Positions 19,663-30,692 of a DNA stretch of 64,000 nucleotides are shown piece by piece. The DNA comes from Candidatus Falkowbacteria bacterium. GTDB taxonomy: Bacteria > Patescibacteriota > Patescibacteriia > Patescibacteriales > UBA12465. The position numbers and the translations under genes are program-made. Location of the stretch: contig CP066698.1 of the NCBI GenBank assembly GCA_016432645.1, positions 389,062 to 453,061 of the forward strand, read 5' to 3'. The notes under the pieces are model-generated. The model was not told where the DNA came from, made no database searches, and saw only the letters and a program-made list of their open reading frames with translations. Numbering within the stretch: position 1 is the stretch's first letter; each line of letters starts with the position of its first letter.

Positions 19663-21242
19663 TATTTTTGTTTTTTAATAATTGAATATTCGCAACCGCA
19701 AAATTTCTGACGGTAAATTCCTAATTCTTTAGCTAATTCCTGGGAACGACGGTAAGCATCAGCGGCTTGAAAATCTTCTTCTAAAAATTTTATTCCCTTC
19801 TTCGCAGCTAATTTCCGAGACATTTTTTCAATTGCCTCTTTATCTTTATATGGGCTGACCGTTAAAGAGGTGGCAAAAAAATCAAATTTTTTAGCAGCCG
19901 CCAAGTTAACGGTTGCTCGCAAGCGGTCCAAATAACAAAGTTGGCAACGGGCGCCGCGTTCCGCATCTCCTTCCCGCCCCTTAACTAATTTACACCAAGT
20001 TCCGTGCTCATACGGAACAATAATTAACGGAATAAAAAACTTAGCCGCCATCAATTTTACATACTGCAAACGCTTATCATATTCCTCCTGAGAAACCAGA
20101 TTAGGATTATAAAAAAACCAAGTTAAATTATAGCTAGGTTGCAACCTAACACTGCTGATATAAGTCGCACAGGGTGCGCAGCAGATATGTAAAAGCAGTG
20201 ACGGTTTAGCATTTTCTCGGCGCTTATCCAAAAATTGAAAAACGATAACAATTGCCAGCATGATGATTAGTAGTAGTAATAACACCAAGAGCTTCCCTCG
20301 ACTTTGTAAGAATAAACTGCTTAATCCAAATACCAGTGAAAAAAAATAAAAAACCAAAACAGTTTGCCTCTGATTTAAACCTAAATTTAAAAGTCGATGA
20401 TGCAGATGCTTGTTATCGGCAAAACGAAAAGGATTTTTACCCTGAAAAAGGCGCCTCATAATTGTCCAGGCAACATCTAAAATCGGGATGCCCATTATTA
20501 ATAAAGCAATCGCAATCTTGCCGCCGGAAATTATTGCTAAAACGCCCAGTACATAACCAAAAAACAAAGAACCGCCTTCACCCAAGAAAATTTTCGCCGG
20601 ATAAAAATTAAAAATTAAAAATCCCAGCGCCGAACCAAATAAAATCACAGCCGCGAGAGCAATATCCGGTTGAAAATATTTAGTAGTGAGCGTAAATAAA
20701 AAAATTACCAGCGCTCCAATCGCTCCGACGCCGCTAACTAGGCCATCAACCCCATCTAAAAGCTTAGTAGTATACATCATGCCTAGAAGCCATAAAGCAA
20801 TTAAAGCCGGCCCGACGATTACCAAATCTTTAAGATAAATAAAACCGCCAAAAGGATTGGTAATTTTTTCAATTTCCACGCCGCCGACAACAACGGCCAG
20901 AATCGCGAGCAGCGGAAAAATAATTTGCCATTTAGCCGGCAGATTATACTTATCATCCAAAATGCCGCCGATGATAATCAGCAGCGCGCCGCTAAAAAAT
21001 CCCAACAAATGGCGCCAATCCAAATTGCCCGCCAAAAAACGATCAGAATAAAAAAACAACACCCCAAAAAAAGTAACAAAAATTGCCGCCCCACCCAAAA
21101 GCGGCGTGGCGGATTTATGGATTTTGCGTTCTCCTGGCTGATCCACAATCTTAAAATAAAGAGCAATCTTTTTAATGCTCCAGGTCAAAATCAGCGATAG
21201 GATAAAACTGGCTAAAAATGGCAATATATAGGTCAGAAACAT
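19662..21242 (-). CDS. MraY/WecA/TagO-family transferase fused to epoxyqueuosine reductase QueH domain
   Basis: N-terminal part: RKIH..TPLLGG, GILDD, LDGVDGL, FNFYPAKIFLGEGGS, HLHHRL. C-terminal part: LLLHICCAPC, FYNPN, RCQLCYLDRL, SLTVSPYK, YRQKFCGC. Confidence 0.88.
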   Translation of the reverse strand: MFLTYILPFLASFILSLILTWSIKKIALYFKIVDQPGERKIHKSATPLLGGAAIFVTFFGVLFFYSDRFLAGNLDWRHLLGFFSGALLIIIGGILDDKYNLPAKWQIIFPLLAILAVVVGGVEIEKITNPFGGFIYLKDLVIVGPALIALWLLGMMYTTKLLDGVDGLVSGVGAIGALVIFLFTLTTKYFQPDIALAAVILFGSALGFLIFNFYPAKIFLGEGGSLFFGYVLGVLAIISGGKIAIALLIMGIPILDVAWTIMRRLFQGKNPFRFADNKHLHHRLLNLGLNQRQTVLVFYFFSLVFGLSSLFLQSRGKLLVLLLLLIIMLAIVIVFQFLDKRRENAKPSLLLHICCAPCATYISSVRLQPSYNLTWFFYNPNLVSQEEYDKRLQYVKLMAAKFFIPLIIVPYEHGTWCKLVKGREGDAERGARCQLCYLDRLRATVNLAAAKKFDFFATSLTVSPYKDKEAIEKMSRKLAAKKGIKFLEEDFQAADAYRRSQELAKELGIYRQKFCGCEYSIIKKQK

Positions 21243-21343
21243 GAATGGGCTTGGTTATTGACTACTTAAAAAATAAATGATAATTTAAATAATACTAATT
21301 TTCTTTTAAACTTAAATAATTAACAACAGGAGGACAAAGCATC

Positions 21344-21526
21344 ATGAATGATTTATCACACATTGAAGCAAAAGCGATGGCTCAATCGGAAAACATCGCC
21401 GGTATCAAAAAAAGTATTCAGCGCGAGCTAAACAAGGAAAATTCCAATCCGCAAAAATTGGAGAACCTCAAAAAAACGCTCCGTCTCACTGAAAATGCGT
21501 TCGCTAGGACGCAATTAATGGTCTAA
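21344..21526 (+). CDS. Small helical hypothetical protein
   Basis: AGGAGG SD upstream; terminator immediately downstream. Confidence 0.55.
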   Translation: MNDLSHIEAKAMAQSENIAGIKKSIQRELNKENSNPQKLENLKKTLRLTENAFARTQLMV

Positions 21527-21546
21527 CTGTTAAAATAACCTAGACA

Positions 21547-21576
21547 AAAGCGCGCCCTAAACCAGCGCGTTTTTTA
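21547..21576. terminator. Bidirectional terminator
   Basis: AAAAGCGCG...CGCGTTTTTT. Confidence 0.6.
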
Positions 21577-24264
21577 TTACAACTCAGCCGCCTTCTCAAC
21601 AGTTATTTCCGCTTGATTGTTAATTACTACTTGGTCTCTTCTTTTTAATTCGCCGGCTAAAATTTTATTAGCAACTACATCCTCAACCCGCTCCTGCAAT
21701 AAACGGCGCAAAGGACGCGCACCAAACTTAGGGTCGTATCCGGCCTGAGCCAAAATGGTTACCCCGTCTTTGTCAGCCTTAAGGCCAATCCCCTTATCCG
21801 CCAATATCTTTTTAATTTTCTTGAGCATTAAAGTCGTAATCGTAAAGATGTTTTCTTCATCGAGCGGCTTAAAAACAATAATGCCATCAAAACGATTGAT
21901 AAGTTCCGGACGCATATGCTCGCGCAATTGATTATCAATTAATTCTTGTTTAATAATATTCAAACTAGTTTTAGCTTTAATTTGATCTTGAATAAAAATT
22001 GCACCGATATTGGAAGTGGCGATAATGATGGACTCCGAAAAACTAATCGTTCTTCCCTGGCCATCAGTCAAACGGCCGTCATCCAGCATTTGTAAAAATA
22101 AATTCAAAATATCAGGGTGGGCTTTCTCCACTTCATCCAGCAAAACCAAAGAAAAGGGTTTTTTCCTGACAGCTTCCGTTAGATATCCCAAAGTTCCATC
22201 AACATCGCCAATCATTTTACGGACGCTGTCCTGATTTTGATATTCACTCATATCCAAGCGTATCAAATAATCCTCGCTGCCAAAATAAATCGCCGAGACC
22301 GCTTTAGCGAGTTCGGTTTTACCGACGCCGGTCGGGCCTAAGAATAAAAAGCTGGCAATCGGCCGCTTACTGTCTTTCATGGCCGCGCGCGCCCGGCGCA
22401 AACTGGCGGAAACTGCTTTTACCGCCTCTTCCTGCCCGACTAAGCGTTCATGGATTTCGGCTTCTAAATTAAGTAATTTTTGGCCCTCATCGGCGCTCAC
22501 TTTATTAACCGGGATGCCAGTCATCTCGGCGATAGCGGAAGCAATATCTTCTTTGGAACAAAAAGTTTTTTCCGGGTTATTCTTGCTGGCCGTAGCGGCA
22601 ATCATCGCCGCTTTTTCCAATAAATCGATAGCCTTAAGCGGTAAAAATTTATCATGCAGATAGCGCGCCGACATTTTCACGGCTTGTTCAATAGCACTAT
22701 AAACAATATAGGTATCATATTTTGATTCTAAAAATCCGACACGGCTTTCTAAAATTTGGATGGCGGCGTTAGTATCCGGTTCGCTAATGCCGATAGTGGT
22801 CATTACTTCGCCCAAAGATTTTTTCTCAATATAACGCGTGTAGTTTTCAGCCGTGGCCGTCGCGATACAAAAAATATGATTTTTAGATAAAGCTTCAGCT
22901 AAAACTTCGGATAAATCCAAGCTCTCCTGGCTGCCAGCACTGATACCAATCAAATTTTCAATATTATCAATAAATAAAATTACATTGCCCGAGCGATTAG
23001 CTTCATTAATGCAATCTAATAATCTTTCTTCGGCCACTGACGGATCCGCCCCGCTCACCAATTTAGAAACCTCAAGTTCTACCAAACGCTTGTCTTTCAT
23101 AAAATCCGGCACATTCTCTTCAACCATCATCTGGGCGACACCGCCGACAATCGTGCTTTTACCGATACCGGTGGGGGCTACTAATAAAACACCATTGTGG
23201 CCGCCGGTAAAAATATCAAAAATTGCTTGAATTTCCTTATTGCGGCCGACGCATAAATCCAAATGGCCGAATTTAGCCTTTAAAGTTAAATCCACAGCAA
23301 AATGGTCTAAAACCGGAGTCGCGATAGCGGTGTAAGAGCGGTTCATTCCTGAACTTGGTTTAAATAGCGCCAGTTGGCGGTAGGCGTGATAGCGGGCGAC
23401 CAGTAATTTATTAACCCGAAACCACTCGACGGCATTAGTAATTTTGTCAGCGTCAATTTCTAGTTCATACATAATTTCCGCCAGCTCCGGGTCCCGATCG
23501 TAACAAAATAAAATTATATTTAAAACATCAATGCTTTTTTGTTTCAAATTAAAGGCATCTTGGAAAGCTAAAATAAAAACTTCTTGAAGTCGATCGGAAA
23601 TTTGGTCATCGCCAGCAACATCGTTAGCACTTTTAACCAACTGGCGATCAATCATCTCAATCATCTTTTTAGCATCAACATTCAAACGGATAAAGAGACT
23701 CTGAACTTCTTTAGTTCTAAGGGCGGCTCGGAAAAAATGAATAATGTCTACCTGCTGGCGACGCAATTTAGAAGCTAATAAAAAAGCTTCTTCCAAAATT
23801 CTATTGGTTTCATCGGAAAAAGCGCGGGCGGCATTATAGCGCTGCCTGGATTCGCGCTTGGCTTTTTTATCTTCCCGAAAAAATCGATAATTTATTTTTT
23901 TGGCGCTAGCCACCGCCAAGCTAAATTTGTAAAAAAGAAACAAGTCGAGCCATAAAGATAATAAGAAAAAGGCTACTAAAATATCTGGGCTGGACCAAAA
24001 AAAGAATATTTTTAAAGGATCAGCTTCTAAACTGGCCCGGTTTAAAAATATCCAAGCGGCAAAAGCGAGCCAGCCGGCAAAAATAATCAGCCAAGAAAAA
24101 AAGCCTAAAATTTTATTAATCTGCTTCTCCGCTCTTTCCAGAGCGATTACCGACTTCTTAATTTTTTTATTCCAATATAAAAACCGCCCCAGAAACCAAG
24201 CTCCCCGCCCTTTTGAAGCGGTATCTTTTATAAATTCAAGTTGTTCTCTATTTTTCAAATCCAT
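21577..24264 (-). CDS. ClpA/ClpC-like AAA+ ATPase with N-terminal transmembrane helices
   Basis: Two TMs; Clp N-domain; APTGIGKS and [57 protein letters not shown]. Confidence 0.9.
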   Translation of the reverse strand: MDLKNREQLEFIKDTASKGRGAWFLGRFLYWNKKIKKSVIALERAEKQINKILGFFSWLIIFAGWLAFAAWIFLNRASLEADPLKIFFFWSSPDILVAFFLLSLWLDLFLFYKFSLAVASAKKINYRFFREDKKAKRESRQRYNAARAFSDETNRILEEAFLLASKLRRQQVDIIHFFRAALRTKEVQSLFIRLNVDAKKMIEMIDRQLVKSANDVAGDDQISDRLQEVFILAFQDAFNLKQKSIDVLNIILFCYDRDPELAEIMYELEIDADKITNAVEWFRVNKLLVARYHAYRQLALFKPSSGMNRSYTAIATPVLDHFAVDLTLKAKFGHLDLCVGRNKEIQAIFDIFTGGHNGVLLVAPTGIGKSTIVGGVAQMMVEENVPDFMKDKRLVELEVSKLVSGADPSVAEERLLDCINEANRSGNVILFIDNIENLIGISAGSQESLDLSEVLAEALSKNHIFCIATATAENYTRYIEKKSLGEVMTTIGISEPDTNAAIQILESRVGFLESKYDTYIVYSAIEQAVKMSARYLHDKFLPLKAIDLLEKAAMIAATASKNNPEKTFCSKEDIASAIAEMTGIPVNKVSADEGQKLLNLEAEIHERLVGQEEAVKAVSASLRRARAAMKDSKRPIASFLFLGPTGVGKTELAKAVSAIYFGSEDYLIRLDMSEYQNQDSVRKMIGDVDGTLGYLTEAVRKKPFSLVLLDEVEKAHPDILNLFLQMLDDGRLTDGQGRTISFSESIIIATSNIGAIFIQDQIKAKTSLNIIKQELIDNQLREHMRPELINRFDGIIVFKPLDEENIFTITTLMLKKIKKILADKGIGLKADKDGVTILAQAGYDPKFGARPLRRLLQERVEDVVANKILAGELKRRDQVVINNQAEITVEKAAEL

Positions 24265-24266
24265 AT

Positions 24267-24635
24267 TTAAGCTTTAGCCTGAAAAAATAAAGCCACGACT
24301 AACAGCAGCGGCAGCGCTAACCATAGAATTGCGCCGGCAATAACTAGTGCCAGCCAAAAAAGCAAAACCAGCCCACGAATAATAATCTGAATTAAACGGA
24401 TAAAAAAACTAATAATTCGACCGGCGGCGTCGCTCTGCCCGTACATCGGCACAAAAATATTAGTGAGCCAAATCCGAAAACCAAGGTTTTTTTCTTGATT
24501 ACTAAAAAAAATCCACTCTTTTTTTAGAGTTTCCGCAAAGCCGACGCTATACCACCAAAAAGGAAAATAAAAAATATTACCCAAAGTTTGAAAAATTATT
24601 TTTAGGCCGTAAGTAAAAAAATTATGTGATTGCAT
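24267..24635 (-). CDS. Small membrane protein coupled to the TM-Clp gene
   Basis: YFPFWWYS, NIFVPMYGQ, GRIISFFIRL; 2 nt from the Clp start. Confidence 0.8.
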   Translation of the reverse strand: MQSHNFFTYGLKIIFQTLGNIFYFPFWWYSVGFAETLKKEWIFFSNQEKNLGFRIWLTNIFVPMYGQSDAAGRIISFFIRLIQIIIRGLVLLFWLALVIAGAILWLALPLLLVVALFFQAKA

Positions 24636-24748
24636 AAATCATTTTAATAATTTTATTTTATCATAAAATTAAAATAATCACAATTAAATTTTAGCTTAAT
24701 CTAGGCGCGGAAATCTCAAAAAATACCGAATTATAACCCGATAAACAA

Positions 24749-24777
24749 TTGACAAGTAAGGCGCCTTATATTAAGAT
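24749..24777 (+). promoter_or_regulatory. clpB sigma70 promoter
   Basis: TTGACA-17 nt-TAAGAT. Confidence 0.75.
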
Positions 24778-24781
24778 GTAA

Positions 24782-24808
24782 TTAGCACTCTAATATTAGG
24801 ACTGCTAA
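24782..24808 (+). promoter_or_regulatory. CIRCE element (HrcA operator)
   Basis: TTAGCACTC-N9-GACTGCTAA, one mismatch to TTAGCACTC-N9-GAGTGCTAA. Confidence 0.9.
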
Positions 24809-24835
24809 AACTAAAAAACTCAAAAAATACTATAT

Positions 24836-27475
24836 ATGTTTAATAAATTCACCGATAAATCCCAGGAGGTAATTATTAATTCCCAAGTAATTGCTTCTAA
24901 TTACGGCCAGCCAAATATTGAAGCGGTTCATATTTTATTGGCGCTTCTGGAACAAAATGAGGGCTTGGTAAAGCCGATTTTAGAAAAAATGAAAATCGAC
25001 CCGGAGTTAATGGAAGAAAAAATTATCAAAACGATTAAAACCCTGCCTCAAAGCCGAATAAATCAGAACCCGGGGCCGGTACAAGCCGTATCCGGGACCG
25101 CGGAAACGGCGGCCGTTTTAGAAAGAGCGCAAAAAGAAGCGGACGGCATGAGCGATGAATTCATCTCCACCGAACATATTTTACTAGCGTTAATCGGCGT
25201 CGCTTCCCCGGCTCAAAGAATTTTGCTGGATTTTAAAGTTGAATATCAGGAAGTCAAAAATATTTTAAAAGAGTTGCGCGGTTCGCAAACCATCACCGAC
25301 CCCTTCCCGGAAAATAAATTTCGTGTTTTAGAAAAATATACCACCAATCTGACTGAACTGGCTCGCCAAGAAAAACTGGACCCGGTTATCGGGCGCGATA
25401 TGGAAATCCGGCGCATTATGCAAGTCTTACTGCGCCGTACCAAAAATAACCCCGTGCTTATCGGCGAAGCCGGAACCGGCAAAACTGCGGTGGTGGAAGG
25501 CCTGGCACAAAGGATAGTTTCCGGCGATGTTCCGGAAAATTTAAAAAATAAAGAAATTATTGCTCTGGATTTAGGCTCAATCGTCGCCGGCGCAAAATTT
25601 CGCGGCGAATTTGAAGACCGCTTAAAGGCAATTCTTAAGGAAGTCAAATCACAAAACGGCCGTTTAATCTTATTTATCGATGAGCTGCACACCTTAATCG
25701 GCGCCGGCGCCTCCGAAGGATCAATGGATGCTTCTAACATGTTAAAACCGGCTCTTGCCCGCGGTGAATTGCGGACTATCGGCGCGACTACTACCAAGGA
25801 ATATCAAAAATATATTGAAAAAGATGCCGCTCTAGAAAGACGCTTCCAACCGATTTACGTTTCTGAGCCCAGTGTTGAGGATACTATCAGCATGCTCCGC
25901 GGACTCAAAGAAAAATATGAAGTCCATCACGGCGTCCGTATTACCGACAACGCCTTAATCGCCGCCGCCAAATTATCACATCGCTATATCAGCGACCGTT
26001 TTTTGCCGGACAAGGCCGTTGATTTAATTGACGAAGCGACCTCTTCCCTGCGCATGGAAATTGATTCTATGCCGGATGAGCTTGACCAATTAAAACGCAA
26101 AATAAACCAGTTGGAATTGAACAAGGCGGGCCTGATGACAACCGATAAGAAGTCGTCAAAAATCAGAGCAATTAACCAAGAACTAGCTAAAATTAAAGAA
26201 AAATCAACACAATTAGAACTTCATTGGAATAACGAAAAAAATATTATTTCTCAAATCAGAAGCTCCAAAAAAGAAATAGAGGACTTAAAAATCAAAGCGG
26301 AGATTGCGCAGAGACAAGGCGCCGATTTGACCGAAGTTGCTAAAATAAAATATGGTTTAATTCCGGAACTGGAACACGGCATAGATAATCTACAGGAAGA
26401 ATTATTAAAAATTCAAAAAAAAGGGCAACGGATTCTTAAAGAAGAGGTAGATGAAGAAGACATTGCTAAAGTGGTTGCCCGCTGGACTGGAATTCCAGTT
26501 AATAAAATGCTGCAGGACGAAATTAAAAAATTAAGCGATGCCGAAAAAGAATTAAACCAAGAAGTAGTCGGTCAAGAAGAAGCCATTAAAGCCGTAGCCA
26601 ATGCCCTTAGAAGATCACGTGCCGGCATCAACGAAGAAAAACGGCCGATCGGCTCCTTCCTGTTTGTCGGACCGACTGGCGTCGGCAAAACCGAACTCGC
26701 CAAAACTCTGGCCAAATTTATGTTTGACGATGAAAAATCGCTGGTCCGCTTAGATATGAGCGAATTCATGGAAAAACATTCGGTGGCCAAGCTGATTGGC
26801 TCTCCTCCAGGCTACGTCGGCCATGATGATGGCGGACAGTTAACCGACAAAGTCCGCCGCCATCCTTACAGCGTTGTTTTATTTGATGAAATCGAAAAAG
26901 CACATCCTGATATGTTTAATATTTTATTACAAATATTAGACGACGGCCGCCTGACTGATTCTAAAGGACGGATGGTCAATTTCAAAAATACCATTGTCAT
27001 TATGACCTCCAATCTGGGAAATGAAGTAATTAAACATTACTCCATCGGCTTTAATGATGAAAGCGATAAAAAAGAAGCCTCCAAGCTGCGCGAAGGAGAG
27101 ATGAAAGAAAAGATTGATAAGATTCTTAAAGAAAATTTCAAACTGGAATTTCTAAATAGAATTGACGAAGTAGTTCTCTTCCACAGCTTATCGCCGGAAG
27201 CGCTGGAAAAAATAGTTGATTTAGAATTAAATAAAGTTGAAAAACGGCTAGCCAATAAAAATATCAGCGTTAAAGTCGGGCCAAAAGTTAAAAAAATGCT
27301 GGCGCAAAAAGGTTATGATATTACTTACGGCGCCCGCCCCTTAAAACGCATCATTCAAAATTTAATTTTGGATGAGCTGGCGCTAGAGATAATTGAAGGT
27401 AAAATCAAAGAAGGCGCTAAAGTAAAAATAGATTTAGGGGAACCGGAAAAAATAATCATCAAGGCCTTAAAATAA
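24836..27475 (+). CDS. clpB: ATP-dependent chaperone ClpB
   Basis: [30 protein letters not shown], middle coiled coil, [15 protein letters not shown]. Confidence 0.96.
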   Translation: MFNKFTDKSQEVIINSQVIASNYGQPNIEAVHILLALLEQNEGLVKPILEKMKIDPELMEEKIIKTIKTLPQSRINQNPGPVQAVSGTAETAAVLERAQKEADGMSDEFISTEHILLALIGVASPAQRILLDFKVEYQEVKNILKELRGSQTITDPFPENKFRVLEKYTTNLTELARQEKLDPVIGRDMEIRRIMQVLLRRTKNNPVLIGEAGTGKTAVVEGLAQRIVSGDVPENLKNKEIIALDLGSIVAGAKFRGEFEDRLKAILKEVKSQNGRLILFIDELHTLIGAGASEGSMDASNMLKPALARGELRTIGATTTKEYQKYIEKDAALERRFQPIYVSEPSVEDTISMLRGLKEKYEVHHGVRITDNALIAAAKLSHRYISDRFLPDKAVDLIDEATSSLRMEIDSMPDELDQLKRKINQLELNKAGLMTTDKKSSKIRAINQELAKIKEKSTQLELHWNNEKNIISQIRSSKKEIEDLKIKAEIAQRQGADLTEVAKIKYGLIPELEHGIDNLQEELLKIQKKGQRILKEEVDEEDIAKVVARWTGIPVNKMLQDEIKKLSDAEKELNQEVVGQEEAIKAVANALRRSRAGINEEKRPIGSFLFVGPTGVGKTELAKTLAKFMFDDEKSLVRLDMSEFMEKHSVAKLIGSPPGYVGHDDGGQLTDKVRRHPYSVVLFDEIEKAHPDMFNILLQILDDGRLTDSKGRMVNFKNTIVIMTSNLGNEVIKHYSIGFNDESDKKEASKLREGEMKEKIDKILKENFKLEFLNRIDEVVLFHSLSPEALEKIVDLELNKVEKRLANKNISVKVGPKVKKMLAQKGYDITYGARPLKRIIQNLILDELALEIIEGKIKEGAKVKIDLGEPEKIIIKALK

Positions 27476-27478
27476 AAA

Positions 27479-27511
27479 ACCAAAAACCCGTACTAACACG
27501 GGTTTTTTGGT
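27479..27511 (+). terminator. clpB terminator
   Basis: CCAAAAACCCGT...ACGGGTTTTTTGG. Confidence 0.75.
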
Positions 27512-27583
27512 TGCCGAAGACCTAAAAATATATTATAATAAAAATCAACTAGTATCTAAAAAATATTTAAAAATACAGCCACC

Positions 27584-29074
27584 ATGAAAAATCAAAAAAT
27601 AAGCAACATATCTTTAATATTAGCGCTTTTTTCTCTTTCTTTAATTATTTCCGCGCCTTTTGTAAAGGCACAAACCGAAGTAGACCCCAATTTTAATCCT
27701 AACAACATAATTTCAGATAATGACTTGCTTAATGCTCGTTCTATGACGCTCGCAGAAATCCAAAATTTCCTGCAAAGCAAAAATAGCTATTTAGCTAATT
27801 ACAGCGCCCCTAACAACAGCGGCGTGACCAAAACAGCCGCCGAAATAATTTATGACGCCACTAATCGCAATTTTGATTGCGAAGGCGTCTCTTTAAGCGA
27901 ATCGCCAACTGAAGAAGAAAAACGTTTAAAATGCAAAACCATAACCACGGTTAACCCTAAATTTATCTTGGTGCTTTTGCAAAAAGAAGCGAGCTTAATT
28001 GAGGACCCCAGCCCGGCACCCGCGCGTTTAGATTGGGCAACTGGCTATGGCTGTCCCGATAACTGGACTTGCAACCCTTATTACAAAGGCTTTGGCAAGC
28101 AAGTGAACAGCGCTTCCCTGCAATTTTTAGCTTACATGCAAGAACAAGAAAAATATAAATACCAAGCCGGAAAAGCCTATACCTTTACTAATCCCTATGG
28201 CACAATTTCTAACGCGCCAATGACAGTTATTCCGGAAAATAAAGCGACCGCCGCTTTATATAACTATACTCCACATGTTTTTAACGGCAATTATAATGTC
28301 TACAAACTTTTTAACCGCTATTTTCCAGATTCCGCTTTTGTAGCCGCCTATCCCGACGGTTCAGTCTTAAAAGTAGAGGGTGACCCGGGAGTTTGGCTGA
28401 TTGAAAAGGGCCAAAAAAGATTGTTCTTAAATTATTCCTCTTTTATTTCCCGCTTCAGCCCCCAGCAAATAATCAGCGTTTCTCCTAGCTTGCTGGACGG
28501 TTATCCGGTCGGCGAAGGCATTAAATTTTCCAACTACTCTTTAGTCCAGACTCCTGATAAAAAAATCTATATGCTGGTCGGCTCCGAGAAAAGACAATTT
28601 GACAGCTTAACATCCTTTAAGACTATCGGCTTTAATGTTGCCGAAATTGAAAACGCCAGTAGCGCCGAATTAGCGGGTTATAATGATGGCAAAATGATTA
28701 CCGCCACTTCCACCTACGTCACCGGCGCCCTGCTCCAAGACATTAAAACCGGCGGTGTATTTTACGTAGAAAATAATACTAAAGCGCCGCTACTGGATAA
28801 AATTTTGTTAACCACTAGATTTAAGGATAAAAAAATAGTGAGGGTCTCAAGCACTATTTTAAATAAATATACTACTGTTGCTCCCGCCTTATTTAACGAC
28901 GGAACTTTACTGAAGACCGATTCCTTCCCGACTGTTTATCTAATATCCAATGGCCAGAAACGACCATTCGCCAACGAAACCGTCTTTAAAACTTTGGGCT
29001 ATGATTTAGCTAACGTAATAACCATTTCCTCCAAATTGATGTCTAATTATTCTCAAGGAGATCCGATACAATAA
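27584..29074 (+). CDS. Secreted protein: putative cell-wall hydrolase-like N-domain plus CPR-type C-terminal surface repeats
   Basis: Signal peptide; LLQKE.SL, ATGYGCPD, KGFGKQV, ATAALYNYTPH; about 4 repeats of DG.LLK...VYLI..GQKR. Confidence 0.7.
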   Translation: MKNQKISNISLILALFSLSLIISAPFVKAQTEVDPNFNPNNIISDNDLLNARSMTLAEIQNFLQSKNSYLANYSAPNNSGVTKTAAEIIYDATNRNFDCEGVSLSESPTEEEKRLKCKTITTVNPKFILVLLQKEASLIEDPSPAPARLDWATGYGCPDNWTCNPYYKGFGKQVNSASLQFLAYMQEQEKYKYQAGKAYTFTNPYGTISNAPMTVIPENKATAALYNYTPHVFNGNYNVYKLFNRYFPDSAFVAAYPDGSVLKVEGDPGVWLIEKGQKRLFLNYSSFISRFSPQQIISVSPSLLDGYPVGEGIKFSNYSLVQTPDKKIYMLVGSEKRQFDSLTSFKTIGFNVAEIENASSAELAGYNDGKMITATSTYVTGALLQDIKTGGVFYVENNTKAPLLDKILLTTRFKDKKIVRVSSTILNKYTTVAPALFNDGTLLKTDSFPTVYLISNGQKRPFANETVFKTLGYDLANVITISSKLMSNYSQGDPIQ

Positions 29075-29078
29075 AAAT

Positions 29079-29900
29079 ATGCCTCTTATAAAAGCCTTTT
29101 TACTGCCCCATTCGCCACTTTTAGTTCCGGAAATCGGCCGCGCTAATCATGAATTTCTCGCCAAAACTGCTGCCGCCTATCAAAAGGCCAAAGCCGAATT
29201 TATAGAAGCCGGCATTGAAACATTAATTATAATTTCGCCTCACAATAAAATCCGAGAAAATTTTTTCATTATTAACTCCGCTCCGGAGATGGAAATTAGT
29301 TTTCCTGATTTTGGCTTTATCCCTCCAAAAAACTTTCTGAAGGGCGATATTATTTTTTCCGATAAAATAAAAAACAACCTTAAAAACGAAGTACCCTTAC
29401 GGATTTTATCGGATAGCACTCTTGATTATGGTAGCGCTATCCCATTATACTTGTTAAAAACAACCGACACTAACTTTAAAATTATAGTAATTTCACCGTC
29501 TGATGATTTTGATTTGAAGGCCAATTTTAATTTCGGTCTGAAACTGGCAGAGACTATTGAAGCCGAGGCTAAAAAAATTGCCATTATTGCTTCCGGAGAT
29601 TTGTCGCATCGCTTAAAACGGAAATCTCCGGGCGGCTATTCTCCAAAAGGAGCTAAGTTCGACAATAAACTGATTGAATATCTTAGCGAACCAGAAACTG
29701 CCAAAAAAAATATTTTGGACATGGATAAGCGCTTAATCCTGGAAGCCAGCGAATGTGGCTTAAAACCACTCTTAATCCTATTAGGCATCTTAGATAAGAT
29801 AAAATGGGAACCGGACATCTTAGCCTATCAAACTGATTTCGGCATTGGCTATTTAAGCTTAGAATTTTTACTTCCCCCAAATAAGACTGAGGCTATTTAA
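29079..29900 (+). CDS. LigB/Memo-like protein (AmmeMemoRadiSam system protein B-like)
   Basis: PHSPLLVPEIG, ISPH, LDYGSAIPL, IASGDLSHRL, ECG, FGIGYL. Confidence 0.8.
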   Translation: MPLIKAFLLPHSPLLVPEIGRANHEFLAKTAAAYQKAKAEFIEAGIETLIIISPHNKIRENFFIINSAPEMEISFPDFGFIPPKNFLKGDIIFSDKIKNNLKNEVPLRILSDSTLDYGSAIPLYLLKTTDTNFKIIVISPSDDFDLKANFNFGLKLAETIEAEAKKIAIIASGDLSHRLKRKSPGGYSPKGAKFDNKLIEYLSEPETAKKNILDMDKRLILEASECGLKPLLILLGILDKIKWEPDILAYQTDFGIGYLSLEFLLPPNKTEAI

Positions 29901-29906
29901 AATTAT

Positions 29907-30173
29907 ATGAAAGACAGTTTTCAATCTTTCTCGGATATCTTTAAAAACCGCCAACCGGTTAAAGCGCCGGCCTACCCCTGGCAAGATTTGGCTTTGCGCG
30001 TTATTAAAGATTTAGGAGTGCCGGATTTCAAGCGCTCTTCAGTTTTTAAAGCTTGCAAAGATTTGCCTGTTAATATTATCGAGATGGCTCTCAATGATAC
30101 CAAAGAATTATGCAAAACCGGAGCCAAATGGAAATATTTTTTCAAAATAATCGATGACCGAAAAATAAAATAA
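29907..30173 (+). CDS. Hypothetical protein
   Basis: 88-aa ORF tightly packed in the operon before def. Confidence 0.7.
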   Translation: MKDSFQSFSDIFKNRQPVKAPAYPWQDLALRVIKDLGVPDFKRSSVFKACKDLPVNIIEMALNDTKELCKTGAKWKYFFKIIDDRKIK

Positions 30174-30197
30174 AAAATAAAAATTAGCTAATAATAT

Positions 30198-30692
30198 ATG
30201 GCCAAACAATTAAATATTCTAATCAACCCCCACCCAACCTTGAGAAAAAAATCTCTGGAAATAAGCCCTGAGGAGCTTTTTAGCAAGAAGATGAAAACAT
30301 TGCTGCTGGATATGGAGGAAACTATGAAAAAAAAGGATGGCGCCGGCTTAGCGGCGCCGCAAATCGGAGAAAACATCCGCATAATTGTAGTGAGCGATGA
30401 GAACAAAACAATTTTTTTAATCAATCCCAAAATAACCAAAAAATCTTGGGCCAGAAAAGTAGAGGACGAAGGCTGCTTGTCGGTGTTAAATGAGAAGGGC
30501 GAAATAATTTACGCCCCGATTTCCCGCCACAAAAAAATAAATTGTATTTATCTTGACGAAAAAGGTAATAAAAAAACTCTCGCCGCGGAAAATTTGCTAG
30601 CGAGGGTCATTCAGCATGAGATCGATCATTTAGACGGAATTCTTTTTATTGACTATCTTAAAGATTTTCCAAATAATCCAAAGGCCTCCTAA
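30198..30692 (+). CDS. def: Peptide deformylase
   Basis: GAGLAAPQIG, EGCLSV, QHEIDHLDG. Confidence 0.97.
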   Translation: MAKQLNILINPHPTLRKKSLEISPEELFSKKMKTLLLDMEETMKKKDGAGLAAPQIGENIRIIVVSDENKTIFLINPKITKKSWARKVEDEGCLSVLNEKGEIIYAPISRHKKINCIYLDEKGNKKTLAAENLLARVIQHEIDHLDGILFIDYLKDFPNNPKAS

